A stretch of DNA of 64,000 bases from Candidatus Woesearchaeota archaeon. GTDB lineage: Archaea; Nanobdellota; Nanobdellia; SCGC-AAA011-G17; JAGVZF01. Made by a program: the position numbers and the translations under genes. The stretch spans positions 6,538-70,537 of the forward strand of contig JAGVZD010000003.1 of NCBI GenBank assembly GCA_018302805.1. The letters run 5' to 3'. Below the pieces are notes generated by a model. The model was not told where the DNA came from. It searched no databases and saw only the letters and a program-made list of their open reading frames with translations. This document shows positions 29,699 through 40,809 of the stretch, in pieces; the stretch's first letter is position 1; every line of letters starts with the position of its first letter.

Positions 29699-30634
29699 TT
29701 ATATTGTTATTATTTTATGAGAAAATTTAGATTTTATCTTGATTTTATTATTTCCCTTTACAACCTGTCCTATGATATCAGACTTATAATCTTTAATAGA
29801 ATTTAAGCAACTTTGAACGTTACTTTCAGGAATACTAAATAAAAAACCAATCCCGCAATTAAAGGTCTTATACATTTCTTCATCGCTTACACCTTTATCA
29901 TGGATTTCATAGTAAATTCCTTGTGGATTTAACTTATGCCTATTATTGATATAAATGTCTGATTCATGTAAAATATTTTTTAATTTAGTAAAGGCACCTC
30001 CAGTTATATGCATCATCCCATTAATACCAATCTCATTATCTAATTTATAAACTACATCCGAGTAAATATAAGTAGGTTGAACAAAATCTCTTTTCATTTC
30101 ATCCTGAAACAAATCCCTTATTTTTGTAAAACCATTAGAATGTAATCCATTGCTTTCAATCCCTATTAGAAAATCTCCAATTTCACATTTATTAGGTTTG
30201 TCTCTATAATTGAAACCCATCATAGTTATGCTTATTTCCAATCCTTGCATATTATTATGTATAGAAGTTTCTCCATCCAGTATTGCAATATTTCTTTCTA
30301 TGCATTCAATCGAGAGTGCCTGAATAATGTTATGAATTACCCTATGATTATCCTCTGGCAGAAAAATATGATCATTGATTGCATATGGAATAGATCTACG
30401 AAAAGCTATATCATTTAAATTCATTGCTAAGGCGTCTATTACAGCTTCTCGAAAAGTAGATGCTTGATAATGATATATCCCTTTGGTGCCAATTCCATCA
30501 GTATGTGGTTTACATTCTAAATTATTAAATTTTTTTATGACACAATCGTTGATAACTGATATATAAGGAGTTTCCCAGGTTTTATGTATTAATTCTATAA
30601 TTTCTTTGTTATAAGGCTTCGTAGTATCATACAT
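29699..30634 (-). CDS. purM: AIR synthetase (PurM)-like protein
   Basis: TDGIGTK, AMNLND, DGETS, SNGLHSNGFT, HITGG, TFNCGIG. Confidence 0.8.
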   Translation of the reverse strand: MYDTTKPYNKEIIELIHKTWETPYISVINDCVIKKFNNLECKPHTDGIGTKGIYHYQASTFREAVIDALAMNLNDIAFRRSIPYAINDHIFLPEDNHRVIHNIIQALSIECIERNIAILDGETSIHNNMQGLEISITMMGFNYRDKPNKCEIGDFLIGIESNGLHSNGFTKIRDLFQDEMKRDFVQPTYIYSDVVYKLDNEIGINGMMHITGGAFTKLKNILHESDIYINNRHKLNPQGIYYEIHDKGVSDEEMYKTFNCGIGFLFSIPESNVQSCLNSIKDYKSDIIGQVVKGNNKIKIKSKFSHKIITI

Positions 30635-30827
30635 ATTTTCTCAAAAGGTAGATAATAATTTAAATTTATCATAAAAATCCATTAATCTTGGCCATAAATT
30701 TTTTATTCAATTCCCTAAAAATATTTGATTAATCCTTTTTTCGCCTGAAATTTCAATATACGATATATAACTCACTAATATTATATAGTTCAATAATTTA
30801 TAAAAACACGTAAGTTCTATTTCTAGT

Positions 30828-32111
30828 ATGGCGAAAATAGGAATTATTGGTGGTTCTGGCCTGGACAACCCAGAAATTCTAAGTGATCCTTATGACAAAG
30901 ATGTTTCAACTCCCTATGGCAATCCTTCTGCTCCTTTAAAAATAGGTAAAATAAATAATATCGAAGTAATATTACTTGCAAGGCATGGAAGAAAGCATGA
31001 AATTCCACCATCACAGGTAAATTATAGAGCAAATATTTTTGCATTAAAACAAGAAAATTGCACACATATAATCTCAACTACTGCAGTAGGCTCTTTAAAG
31101 GAAGGAATTAAAAGGGGGGATTTAGTAATCCTTGACCAATTTATTGACTTTACAAAACAAAGAAAACTTACATTTCACGAAACTTTCAATGATGGTCCAA
31201 AACATACATCCATGGCAAACCCTTTTGACGAAAATTTAAGAAAGATTTTAGTTCAAACTTCAAAGGAACTTGGATTTAATACACATGAGAAAGGTACGGT
31301 AATAACAATTGAAGGTCCTAGGTTTTCTACAAAAGCAGAATCACATATGTTTAGATTATGGGGTGCTGATGTAATAAACATGTCAATAACTCCAGAAGTT
31401 ATCCTAGCAAATGAACTAAAAATCCCATATGCTGCTATTGCAATGTCAACAGATTATGATTGTTGGAAAGATGATGAAGAGCCAGTATCATGGGAATCTA
31501 TACAAGAAATTTTTATTAAAAATTCAGACAATGTTAAAGCTTTGCTTATTAATATATTATCAAAATTAGCAGAATTTAAACGAGATAATTTGAAGTCTAA
31601 GATAAGAACCATCGCAAACTTCCCAAAACAGGGAGTTGTGTTTAGAGATATAACAACTTTATTAAAAGATCCAGAAGGACTTAGAGATGTGGTTTCTGAG
31701 TTTAAAAATAGGTATAAAAACACAAAAATTGATAAAATTGCAGGTATTGAAAGTAGAGGTTTTATTCTAGCATCCATATTGGCTCATGAATTCAATGTTG
31801 GATTTATACCAATAAGGAAGAAAGGAAAACTACCTTATGAAGTAGAATCTCATGAATATGAATTAGAATATGGTAAAGATACAATAGAAATTCATAGAGA
31901 TGCCATAGATAAGGGAGATCATATTTTACTGACCGATGATCTGATTGCTACCGGAGGTACAAGTTTGGCTGCCTGTAAATTAATAGAAAAATTAGGAGGT
32001 AACATTGTCGAAGTAGCAGTTATTATAGATTTACCTGATTTAAATGGTAGGAAGAAATTACAAGAAAATGGTTACAAAACCTTTGCATTAGTTGAATTCA
32101 TGGGCCATTAA
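30828..32111 (+). CDS. mtaP-apt: fused methylthioadenosine phosphorylase + adenine phosphoribosyltransferase
   Basis: N-half [24 protein letters not shown]; C-half [35 protein letters not shown]. Confidence 0.93.
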   Translation: MAKIGIIGGSGLDNPEILSDPYDKDVSTPYGNPSAPLKIGKINNIEVILLARHGRKHEIPPSQVNYRANIFALKQENCTHIISTTAVGSLKEGIKRGDLVILDQFIDFTKQRKLTFHETFNDGPKHTSMANPFDENLRKILVQTSKELGFNTHEKGTVITIEGPRFSTKAESHMFRLWGADVINMSITPEVILANELKIPYAAIAMSTDYDCWKDDEEPVSWESIQEIFIKNSDNVKALLINILSKLAEFKRDNLKSKIRTIANFPKQGVVFRDITTLLKDPEGLRDVVSEFKNRYKNTKIDKIAGIESRGFILASILAHEFNVGFIPIRKKGKLPYEVESHEYELEYGKDTIEIHRDAIDKGDHILLTDDLIATGGTSLAACKLIEKLGGNIVEVAVIIDLPDLNGRKKLQENGYKTFALVEFMGH

Positions 32112-32746
32112 TTAAATTTTTCAATAACAATTTTTGGGCATAATTTATTGAGAAAACACTTAGAACAAATAGGGACTGGAGGTTTACAAATTGCCCTACC
32201 ATGATTTTTAAGTAAATGAGGTAATATTTTCCATTTATCTTTTGGAAATAAATTCATTAAATCATTTTCAATTTTCTCAGGATTTTTGTTTTTTGTCCAA
32301 CCTAATCTTTGAGTTACTCTAATAACATGGGAATCTACAACAATTCCGTCTATAATATTAAATGCATTTTGTTGTATGACATTTGCAGTCTTTCTAGAAA
32401 TTCCAGGTAGTTCAATTAATTTGTTCATAGAACTTGGAATTTTTCCTTGATATTTTTCTTCTAATATCTGACAAGCTTTTATGATATTCTCAGCTTTTTT
32501 TCTAAAAAAATTTACAGATTTAATATTCAACTCTAATTCCTTTACATCAGCTGTGGCATAGTCTTTAGCAGTTTTATATTTCTTAAAAAGTTTTAAAGTT
32601 GTTACATTAACAACTTGATCAGTACATTGCGCACTTAAAATAGAAGCCACTAATAATTCTAAGGGATTAGAGAAATTTAAGTAGAATTTCACATTTGGAT
32701 AGTTCTTTTCTAAAAGTTTAATTTGCTTAGATATTTTTGAATCCAT
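32108..32746 (-). CDS. nth: endonuclease III
   Basis: LSAQCTD, Hh[17 protein letters not shown]-x6-C-x2-C-x5-C. Confidence 0.95.
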   Translation of the reverse strand: MDSKISKQIKLLEKNYPNVKFYLNFSNPLELLVASILSAQCTDQVVNVTTLKLFKKYKTAKDYATADVKELELNIKSVNFFRKKAENIIKACQILEEKYQGKIPSSMNKLIELPGISRKTANVIQQNAFNIIDGIVVDSHVIRVTQRLGWTKNKNPEKIENDLMNLFPKDKWKILPHLLKNHGRAICKPPVPICSKCFLNKLCPKIVIEKFN

Positions 32747-32760
32747 ATTTTTTCAATGCT

Positions 32761-33180
32761 TTACTTTGATTTTTTAACATGATCTTCATATAATTTTAAG
32801 TTAAACTCTTCATCTTCTATTAATTTAAGCTTAGAAGCGTCAGCATAACTAAACAATCCGAATTTATTATATTCCTTGGAAAGTGTTATATCATTTGAAG
32901 GATCATTAAGGAATTTATATTTAAATAAATAGTAAGCTACATTTTCATCACCATACCTATGATAAGAAACTGTAAAATACTCAGGAATAATAATTAAGCC
33001 AAGTTTTTCTCTAATTTCTCTTTTAATTGCCATATTAATCGATTCATCATCTTGGACATCTCCTCTTAGAGAACTCCAGGTACTTTTTAAGGTACTTTGG
33101 AACAAAAGAAAATTTTCAGAATATGTCATAATACAACCTACCATAATCTTATTAACTGAATTCGGTGGCTCTATTATCAT
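32761..33180 (-). CDS. NUDIX hydrolase (slightly degenerate box)
   Basis: G-x5-E-x7-REIREKLG; one conserved Glu is Lys. Confidence 0.75.
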   Translation of the reverse strand: MIIEPPNSVNKIMVGCIMTYSENFLLFQSTLKSTWSSLRGDVQDDESINMAIKREIREKLGLIIIPEYFTVSYHRYGDENVAYYLFKYKFLNDPSNDITLSKEYNKFGLFSYADASKLKLIEDEEFNLKLYEDHVKKSK

Positions 33181-33291
33181 AATTCCTTTAATTAATTCAC
33201 CTTTTTAATATTTATTTTTCTCCAAGCAGAAATAAATTCATAAATCAATAACCAAAATCAATATAAAGGATTAAAAAAATTCAATGTAAGC

Positions 33292-34539
33292 ATGGTTGAG
33301 ATCTTGACTATTTTTACAATAGTTAGTGTCATTTTGTTCTTTGGGTTACTTGCAGAATTTATTTATAAGAGATTTAATATTCCAGATATCCTTCTCTTAG
33401 TCTTAATGGGTTTATTTTTAGGTCCTTTTGGATTCAAACTTATATCATTAAACAATATTTCTGAATTTGCACCTATATTTACAACATTTGCCTTGCTTTT
33501 TATTATGTTTGATGGCGCTTTTGACATTAATTTATCCTCTTTTGCCAAAGGTCTTGTAAATAGTTTAAATATAACCGTTTTTAATTTCTTAATTTCTTAT
33601 TTTACAATTAGTATTTTACTCATCTTGTTTGGTTATGATTTCTCTACATCTGTTATCTTGGGTGGCGTTCTTGGAGGTATTTCATCGGCATTTGTAATAC
33701 CTATTCTAAATAAAATTAAGGTCACAAAAGAAACATATACAACATTAATATTTGAATCTGCTTTCACAGATATCTTATGTATAGTATTTGCTCTTACCGC
33801 ACTGGAAATATTCACTTTAGATACTTTTAATTTGAGAGTAATTGCTTCTAAAGTCTTCACTACCTTTGCGGTTGCTGGTATTATTGGCGTCTTAGCTGGT
33901 ATTATTTGGATCGCTTTAGTTTTAAAAATTTTCAGAGAACAAAAATCATATATGATAACAATTGCCTATTTACTTTTAATCTATGTTCTTACTGAATATC
34001 TAAATGGTAATGGTGCAATTGCTGCCTTATTCTTTGGGATAATGCTTAAAAATTCCAAAGAATTAAGAGAACTATATCAATCAATAATATCAAAAGACGA
34101 TGATACTTTCTACACAAAAGGTACAAATTTTACATCAGCAACAACACCAACAGAAGAATTTTTCTATCATCAAATTTCCTTTTTTCTAAAGACTTTCTTT
34201 TTTGTATATATAGGATTATTACTAGATATTTCCAATATTAAGCTTCTAATAGTGGGTGCTGTAATTGCAGCGGCCATAGTTTTGGTTAGAAAAAGTTGTT
34301 CTATTCTAACTAAGAAATTACCCAAATTCGACAGAAACATTATAAATTCTACTTTTGGAAGAGGATTAGCTGCCGCAGTCCTAGCCCAATATGTAAGTCA
34401 GTTCAATATTCCTGGTGCAGAACAAGTTCCTCAACTTGCTACCACAATCATAGTCTTCAGTATTCTCTTTAGTTCTATTATGGTATTCATTGCAATCGGG
34501 AATGTGAGAAATACTAACCTAGCTGATAAAAATGTTTAA
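33292..34539 (+). CDS. cation:proton antiporter (CPA1/NhaP-like)
   Basis: FESAFTD, FFFVYIG, GRGLAAAVLA. Confidence 0.9.
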   Translation: MVEILTIFTIVSVILFFGLLAEFIYKRFNIPDILLLVLMGLFLGPFGFKLISLNNISEFAPIFTTFALLFIMFDGAFDINLSSFAKGLVNSLNITVFNFLISYFTISILLILFGYDFSTSVILGGVLGGISSAFVIPILNKIKVTKETYTTLIFESAFTDILCIVFALTALEIFTLDTFNLRVIASKVFTTFAVAGIIGVLAGIIWIALVLKIFREQKSYMITIAYLLLIYVLTEYLNGNGAIAALFFGIMLKNSKELRELYQSIISKDDDTFYTKGTNFTSATTPTEEFFYHQISFFLKTFFFVYIGLLLDISNIKLLIVGAVIAAAIVLVRKSCSILTKKLPKFDRNIINSTFGRGLAAAVLAQYVSQFNIPGAEQVPQLATTIIVFSILFSSIMVFIAIGNVRNTNLADKNV

Positions 34540-34613
34540 TTACTACTAACGTATTACTATCAACTAACAATAGAAAAGTTTAAAAACAACAATTTTTTGC
34601 AGTAAGAACTAAG

Positions 34614-34892
34614 TTGATAGAACTTGGGGGCAACATTACGCTTGAAGGTTTCGAGAATCTTGAACCGGGGGCGTTGATAATTGTAAAAAAAGTGGTGGGA
34701 AATTATACTAAAAAGATCTCTAATAACATAAGCAATTTTGAAAAGATTTTGATATGTTTAAATAAGTTGGATTTCAATCACCATGTTCAAGTTAAATTGC
34801 AGAGTAATGGTGAAATTGATATTCAAGAGGCAGCAGACTCAAACCTTTTCTTCGCTTTGGATAAAGCTTTAAGCAAATTTAATAGCTATTAA
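34614..34892 (+). CDS. small protein, possible HPF/RaiA-like fold
   Basis: beta-alpha-beta-beta-beta-alpha pattern ending NLFFALDKALSK. Confidence 0.55.
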   Translation: MIELGGNITLEGFENLEPGALIIVKKVVGNYTKKISNNISNFEKILICLNKLDFNHHVQVKLQSNGEIDIQEAADSNLFFALDKALSKFNSY

Positions 34893-34923
34893 ATTATTAA
34901 AAAATAGTTGATCAATTTATATA

Positions 34924-35232
34924 TTGAAAATGAACAATTTTGATTTTTTTATTCAAGAAGAATATAGAGGGAAAAAAATAAATTTACTAAAAGGGATGTC
35001 TGACTGGTCCACCGAAAATATTTACTTGTTAATCCCTAGGCAAGCATATTATCTAGATATTAATCCTTTAGAAACTGAAGAAGAATTTCTAGGTAATCAA
35101 GATGATTCAGACAAACAACAATTAAACTATTATAAGGAAAATGGTAAATACATAATTACTCAAGATCTTGAACATCAAATAATTACCTGTGAACTAATGA
35201 GGAAACTAGAACGCCTATTTCAAGTGCAGTAG
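34924..35232 (+). CDS. hypothetical protein
   Basis: 102-aa ORF. Confidence 0.55.
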   Translation: MKMNNFDFFIQEEYRGKKINLLKGMSDWSTENIYLLIPRQAYYLDINPLETEEEFLGNQDDSDKQQLNYYKENGKYIITQDLEHQIITCELMRKLERLFQVQ

Positions 35233-35266
35233 TAAAGTTTATAAAGAATCTCTATTAAAGGATATT

Positions 35267-35557
35267 ATGGTAACTAGAATAGGTGGACTTAGAAGAAAGA
35301 CTAGGTCTAAATTAAGGAAAAATGTAAAACAGAAGGGAAAATTATCTGTTACAAAATATCTTCAAGAATTCAATATAGGAGATAAAGTCTATTTAAAAGC
35401 TGAACCGTCAATTCATAAAGGAATGTACAGTCTTAGATATCATGGCAGTTCTGGGTTTATAAAAGGTAAACAAGGTAAATGCTACATAGTCCAATTAAAA
35501 CATGATTCAAAAATTAAAAAATTCATTGTAAACCCAGTACATTTAAGGAAGGCATAG
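35267..35557 (+). CDS. rpl21e: 50S ribosomal protein L21e
   Basis: RRKTRSKL, GDKV, RYHG, PVHL. Confidence 0.96.
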   Translation: MVTRIGGLRRKTRSKLRKNVKQKGKLSVTKYLQEFNIGDKVYLKAEPSIHKGMYSLRYHGSSGFIKGKQGKCYIVQLKHDSKIKKFIVNPVHLRKA

Positions 35558-35558
35558 A

Positions 35559-35903
35559 ATGAGCGAAATTTCAATACTTAACGAAAGACCAGTATCAATT
35601 TATGAAGTTCGTGAAAAATTAAATGAGATTAAAAAAAGAGATAAAGAACTCAGTTTCAGAGCTAAAAAAACAGAAGAATTTGTTAATAATGTTCAACTAT
35701 TGAAAGAAAAAAAAGCCAAAGAGCTCTATGATGACCTAATTAATTTAAATATTGAAAAATTAAAACCGAGGCAAATAGTTAAAATCATTGATGTTATTCC
35801 AAAGGATTCAGATAGCCTAAAAACAATTTTCACTAATGAACCAATCGCATTATCTATAGAAGAATTTGAGAAGGTAATTGAAGTTGTCAAAAAATATGCA
35901 TAG
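35559..35903 (+). CDS. rpoF: RNA polymerase subunit F (Rpo4)
   Basis: position after rpl21e; KIIDVIP motif. Confidence 0.88.
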   Translation: MSEISILNERPVSIYEVREKLNEIKKRDKELSFRAKKTEEFVNNVQLLKEKKAKELYDDLINLNIEKLKPRQIVKIIDVIPKDSDSLKTIFTNEPIALSIEEFEKVIEVVKKYA

Positions 35904-35914
35904 GATTATTAAAA

Positions 35915-36475
35915 ATGAAAACAGAATTAAAAGAAGAACATGCAATAGTACTAGACTTTTTACCAAATGGATATCCCTTCGATGCAAGGCCTATGCATAT
36001 GAAAACACCAATTGCTCAAGCAATTGGTAAGGAACATTTTATTCTACTTGAATTAGTGCCAAAAAAAGGTCAATTCTTGCAACCCTACCAAGAAGTATAT
36101 ATGGGTATTGGTAAAAGAGATCATATTCATCATATCATAGGAAAGATTGCAATAGACAAACTTACGCAAACAGCTAAGTTAGAACTGGAAATAGTAGTAA
36201 AGGACATAGTAATAAAAAATGAACAAAGATTTGTTCATTTTTTCAATAATGCTGGTCCTATTAACACTAGAAGGCATCAGCTTGAACTTCTTCCAGGTAT
36301 TGGAAAAAAACATATGTGGGAAATTCTTGAAAAAAGAAAAGAAAAACCATTTGAAAACTTTGATGACATAAAAACTAGGGTAAAACTAATGCCAAATCCA
36401 GAAACTACCATAATCAAGAGAATAATGGCAGAATTAGAAGAACAAGACAGATACAGATTATTTGTGGGAACTTAA
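35915..36475 (+). CDS. DUF655 putative RNA-binding protein
   Basis: VLDFLPNG, HQLELLPGIGKK HhH; conserved rpl21e-rpoF-DUF655 order. Confidence 0.92.
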   Translation: MKTELKEEHAIVLDFLPNGYPFDARPMHMKTPIAQAIGKEHFILLELVPKKGQFLQPYQEVYMGIGKRDHIHHIIGKIAIDKLTQTAKLELEIVVKDIVIKNEQRFVHFFNNAGPINTRRHQLELLPGIGKKHMWEILEKRKEKPFENFDDIKTRVKLMPNPETTIIKRIMAELEEQDRYRLFVGT

Positions 36476-36583
36476 AAATATATTTTATTAATTTCAGGAT
36501 TTATTATACGCCCAGTTGTTTCTAGGGTCTTAATCAAGGGAGGTACCAAAACCTTTTTAAATACTCCTCATAAATAAAAAACT

Positions 36584-37102
36584 ATGATTGAAGATGCCAA
36601 TTACAAGCATATTGTAAGAGTTGTCAATACAGATATTAAAGGTGAAGTTAAATTAGCTAGTGCTTTACGAAGAATTCAAGGAGTTGGTTTCACTTATTCT
36701 AATGCAGTTATCAAAACCCTTAATATGGAAGAAAATATCAAGATAGGTAATGTAAGCGATTCAGATCTTAAGAAAATAGAAGATGTAATAATTAATCCCG
36801 CTAAATATAACTTGCCATCATGGCTATTCAATAGAAGAAAGAATTTTGATTCAGGTTCAGATATTCATTTATTAACCTCAGACTTAAAACTCCAAAAGGA
36901 TAATGATATTAAAAGAATGAAAAAAATTAGATCCTACAAGGGTGTCAGACATTCTATCGGTCAACCAGTTAGAGGTCAAAGAACTAGGAGTAACTTTAGA
37001 AAAGGTTCTGCAATAGGAGTAAATAAGAAGAAATCAAAAATAGCATCTGCCAAACCAGCAATTGGACCTAAAGAAAAAACAAAGGACAAAGGTAAGAAGT
37101 AA
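36584..37102 (+). CDS. rps13: 30S ribosomal protein S13
   Basis: SYKGVRH, PVRGQRTRSN. Confidence 0.97.
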   Translation: MIEDANYKHIVRVVNTDIKGEVKLASALRRIQGVGFTYSNAVIKTLNMEENIKIGNVSDSDLKKIEDVIINPAKYNLPSWLFNRRKNFDSGSDIHLLTSDLKLQKDNDIKRMKKIRSYKGVRHSIGQPVRGQRTRSNFRKGSAIGVNKKKSKIASAKPAIGPKEKTKDKGKK

Positions 37103-37104
37103 AA

Positions 37105-37668
37105 ATGGGAGACCCAAGAAGACTAAAAAAAACTTATGAGACGCCAGCGCATCCTTGGCAAAAAGAGAGATTAGAAACAGAAAGAATACTTTTTGAAGAA
37201 TATGGTTTAAAAAACAAAAGAGAAGTGTGGAAAGCGGGTTCTATTCTTAGAAGATACACAAGTCAAGCCAAAAAATTAATTTTGGCAACTTCAGAACAAT
37301 CCAAAATAGAAGAGAAAAAACTATTAGAAAAATTATATCGATATAATTTAACAAAAAAGGATGCAAAAATTGACGATGTCCTATCACTTAATATCAAAAA
37401 TATCTTAGACAGGAGATTGCAATCAATTATTTACAAAAAAAATCTGGCATTAACAATATATCAATCTAGACAATTTATTACACATGGTCATGTTTTAGTT
37501 AATGATCAAAAAGTAGATGTTCCATCATATTCAGTTAGTAGAGAAGAGGAAGCAAAAATCACAATAGATAAAAATTCCAAAGTTTATCAGAATATAATTA
37601 TGAAACAAAAGAAAGAACAAAAAGAAATAAAAGAAGAAAAAGAAGTTGTCCCAGAGGTACAACAATAA
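37105..37668 (+). CDS. rps4: 30S ribosomal protein S4
   Basis: [25 protein letters not shown]. Confidence 0.97.
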   Translation: MGDPRRLKKTYETPAHPWQKERLETERILFEEYGLKNKREVWKAGSILRRYTSQAKKLILATSEQSKIEEKKLLEKLYRYNLTKKDAKIDDVLSLNIKNILDRRLQSIIYKKNLALTIYQSRQFITHGHVLVNDQKVDVPSYSVSREEEAKITIDKNSKVYQNIIMKQKKEQKEIKEEKEVVPEVQQ

Positions 37669-37669
37669 A

Positions 37670-38071
37670 ATGGATAGAAAGGAAAATATGAAGTGGGGTA
37701 TTGCATACATATATTCAAGCTATAATAATACAATTATTCATATTACCGATATTACAGGATCTGAAACTATTTCTCAGGCTTCTGGTGGCATGGTAGTTAA
37801 AGCACACAGATTAGAAGGAAGTCCGACAGCAGCTATGAGTGCAGCAAAAATTGCTGCTGAAAAAGCCTTAGAAAAAGGTATTAATGCCATTCATATCAAG
37901 ATCAGAGCACCTGGAGGCCATAATGGTCCAGTAAATACAGGTCCTGGGGCTCAAGCTGCAATTAGAGCTTTAACCAGAAGCGGATTAAGAATAGGAAACA
38001 TAGAAGAAGTTACTCCAATACCTCATGACGGATGTAGGAAAAGCCATGGAAAAAGGGGTCGTAGGGTGTAA
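37670..38071 (+). CDS. rps11: 30S ribosomal protein S11
   Basis: [30 protein letters not shown]. Confidence 0.97.
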   Translation: MDRKENMKWGIAYIYSSYNNTIIHITDITGSETISQASGGMVVKAHRLEGSPTAAMSAAKIAAEKALEKGINAIHIKIRAPGGHNGPVNTGPGAQAAIRALTRSGLRIGNIEEVTPIPHDGCRKSHGKRGRRV

Positions 38072-38093
38072 AATATACTTTAGATTATATATT

Positions 38094-39299
38094 TTATATT
38101 ATATATTCTTTAGCTTTATCCTCATCTTTTATTCCATACACATTTTCTTTAGCATAGCCTCCTTTCTTCAAAAGTCTTTCACCAATTACTGTAACTATAC
38201 CATTATCAATTAACGACTGTGAATAAGTGGGAGCTCCATTCAAATGCGATGTGATTGCTTTTCTCCCTACGTTTAACTCTATACAAAGTCCCAATATACT
38301 CTTTGGTTTTTCCAATAATGATTTTATGATAAGTTTCTTAGTTTCTTTTGCATTTCTCTTAAACCACATCCTAGACTTTCTTCTATATAATGCCTCAAAA
38401 CTTATTTGTTTGTAAGAAATCGGCAACGAGCTTATACTCTCATATAATAATTTAAAACTGGAGGTACTAAATTCTATATTCCAAAATTTTTTGAAATAAC
38501 TCCAACTACTATTACCTTCTGTAAAGTTTGTGGCTCTCTGTCTATGAGATATTTTATTTAGTTTATAACAATAACAAACTATTTCCCGTATGTCCATAAC
38601 AAATCGTTCATTATCTCCTAACTCTATCCTGATTGCATCATTCACAGTTGCTTCATCAATAATCATTGCTTTAATAAACTCATCCAATAAGACTTTATTA
38701 TCTCTTGCAAGTCTCTTAAATTTAGGAGACAAATAAACCTTCAAAGATCTAAAGTCCTCAATATCTAAAATATTTGAGGCAATATATCCAATTGTATTAG
38801 AAAAATAAAGCTGATTTTCCTTTGATATGAAATTCAAGGGTACATCTCCAAAATTCTTTAATCTGTTCTTGTGATACTCTAGTAAATCTTCTGAATATGT
38901 GTAGAAATAGCCACCTTTTTTATTTCTAAATGAACCATCAAACATTAAGTGACTGGCAACGTAGAACAAGTCTTTCATATTGAAAGGTAGCCTAGGATTT
39001 CTAATTTTTGTTCCATCTTCCTTATTACCTAAGGTTTCTATGTTAGTTTCAATTTCCTTATTTGATATGCCAACAAAACTACTTATGATTCTTAGTTCTT
39101 TAATCGTAAATCTAATTTTTCTGGTAAATAATCTAGAAGAATGTAGCTGATTGCAATCCAGAAAAATACAAAAACAATCACTTTTGTCGTAATTTACTTT
39201 TTCTAAAATCTTTTTTATAAGAATTGAATGATATTCTTCATTTAAACTTACATAAAGATCTTGAGGAAGCTGCCAGTAATGAATATCTAAGTCACCCAT
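38094..39299 (-). CDS. free-standing LAGLIDADG-like protein with C-terminal HTH
   Basis: motif 1 YVASHLMFDGS, motif 2 FIKAMIIDEATV, C-terminal HTH-like KPKSILGLCIELNVGRKAITSHL; start at MGDLDI. Confidence 0.65.
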   Translation of the reverse strand: MGDLDIHYWQLPQDLYVSLNEEYHSILIKKILEKVNYDKSDCFCIFLDCNQLHSSRLFTRKIRFTIKELRIISSFVGISNKEIETNIETLGNKEDGTKIRNPRLPFNMKDLFYVASHLMFDGSFRNKKGGYFYTYSEDLLEYHKNRLKNFGDVPLNFISKENQLYFSNTIGYIASNILDIEDFRSLKVYLSPKFKRLARDNKVLLDEFIKAMIIDEATVNDAIRIELGDNERFVMDIREIVCYCYKLNKISHRQRATNFTEGNSSWSYFKKFWNIEFSTSSFKLLYESISSLPISYKQISFEALYRRKSRMWFKRNAKETKKLIIKSLLEKPKSILGLCIELNVGRKAITSHLNGAPTYSQSLIDNGIVTVIGERLLKKGGYAKENVYGIKDEDKAKEYII

Positions 39300-39423
39300 A
39301 TAATTTAAGCAAAAAACGCTTTTAAATATCTTACGCGCATAGATGTCCAGTGTGTCGTGTGAAATAGAGAGATTCAAAAATATTAAAGCATAAGGAATAA
39401 ATTAAATTAATTAATTCATGTAA

Positions 39424-39795
39424 TTAGCTATTTATGCTTTTAGAAAACGCAATGCATCTTTCCCCAAGAGAATGCCAATTTAACTTTTCACTTATTACAT
39501 CTAAATCTTTTAAATCATCTATTATGAATTTTTTTTGAATAATTTGAAGTTCTAATCTTGCAAAATTTATAAAATTTCTCTTGCCTTCAGGAGCAAGTAA
39601 TAATACTTCCTCAATTCTGCCTAAACCATTATTGTATTGTGCAAGACTAAAATAACCATAAGCTATTCCTAAATAAACTTGAAGCAAATCTTTGTCCATA
39701 GAAGTTGGTTCCCGACTATTAAACCATTTCAAATATTCATCAATATGATAACTACCTATTAGGATTTTTAAGTTTCTCAATTGGTCTTCATTCAT
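39424..39795 (-). CDS. hypothetical protein
   Basis: 123-aa ORF. Confidence 0.6.
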   Translation of the reverse strand: MNEDQLRNLKILIGSYHIDEYLKWFNSREPTSMDKDLLQVYLGIAYGYFSLAQYNNGLGRIEEVLLLAPEGKRNFINFARLELQIIQKKFIIDDLKDLDVISEKLNWHSLGERCIAFSKSINS

Positions 39796-39866
39796 GTTTT
39801 AGAGAAATTATCCAAATCTATTTAAAATTTACTGAATACAAATTTTATGATTATAAAAGATCAAAA

Positions 39867-40127
39867 TTGAGATTTTTGACTATGTTTAAAAAAACTTCAA
39901 TAGACTTAAAAATTATTAAAGAAAAATTAGATAGAGATTTAGTTGCTCTAATCCAATTTCCCGACAGTGAAGAAACAATTAAAGCATTGAGAATTCTTAC
40001 AAATTATAATAGGTTTGTATCAGCATATAATGATGATTGTTTTGGTCTGCAGAGCATTGAAGATTTGGAGTTGCTCTTTACTAAGAAAGTCATATACCGA
40101 ATCACTGATATTAAAAATAAATATTAA
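39867..40127 (+). CDS. hypothetical protein
   Basis: 86-aa ORF. Confidence 0.45.
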   Translation: MRFLTMFKKTSIDLKIIKEKLDRDLVALIQFPDSEETIKALRILTNYNRFVSAYNDDCFGLQSIEDLELLFTKKVIYRITDIKNKY

Positions 40128-40224
40128 GATGTTTCAAGTCAAAATGAATTATTCCAAATTGTTCCAAAGACAGACTTTGTTCAATTAAGTTTATTAATTT
40201 TTCTGATTACTTTTATTTATTAAC

Positions 40225-40809
40225 ATGAAACAAACTATTAGACATATTCCTATGTATGCAGCTGCTTTACTAATACATTCATCTTTATTATTTTCATATC
40301 CAAATTCACATTCATCAGAAATCCAATTTAGTAAATTGAATACTGATTCTATTTCTGATATTGTTACCAGATATAAGAACTACCAACCTAGTCCGCACAC
40401 AAGTCCAAAAAGGCTGTATAAAGAATCAGAAAATTTCTTTCAGTGGGATTCTCCAAAAATGAATTTATCTGCATGGATGGCATCAGAAGGCAATAAATTT
40501 TTATTTAATATTTGGAGATTTAACTTCTTAGATTCAGATTCTTGTCAAAGTATATCCCAAAGAAATACATACATTACTGCTGTACCTTTAGCAGATTCAT
40601 TGGTTGTTGCCAAAATTGAGGAATATTACTGGGAGCATGATTGCGTAAGTCATTCAATAAGAAAAAATTTAGCAACAATTGGATTAACAGATCAAGGTCT
40701 TTACTTAGCTTCAGATAGTATTTATTTCCAAATTCCAAGTTCAAAATTCCCTGCAATTTACAGTGAATTTGTAAATCTAGTTTATGAAGACTATAAGAAA
40801 ATCAAGTAA
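40225..40809 (+). CDS. hypothetical secreted protein
   Basis: N-terminal hydrophobic signal-like segment, one Cys pair. Confidence 0.65.
   Translation: MKQTIRHIPMYAAALLIHSSLLFSYPNSHSSEIQFSKLNTDSISDIVTRYKNYQPSPHTSPKRLYKESENFFQWDSPKMNLSAWMASEGNKFLFNIWRFNFLDSDSCQSISQRNTYITAVPLADSLVVAKIEEYYWEHDCVSHSIRKNLATIGLTDQGLYLASDSIYFQIPSSKFPAIYSEFVNLVYEDYKKIK

Noticed and set aside
36476-36583. possible tRNA upstream of rps13
   Set aside because: No cloverleaf or T-loop GTTCRA consensus visible
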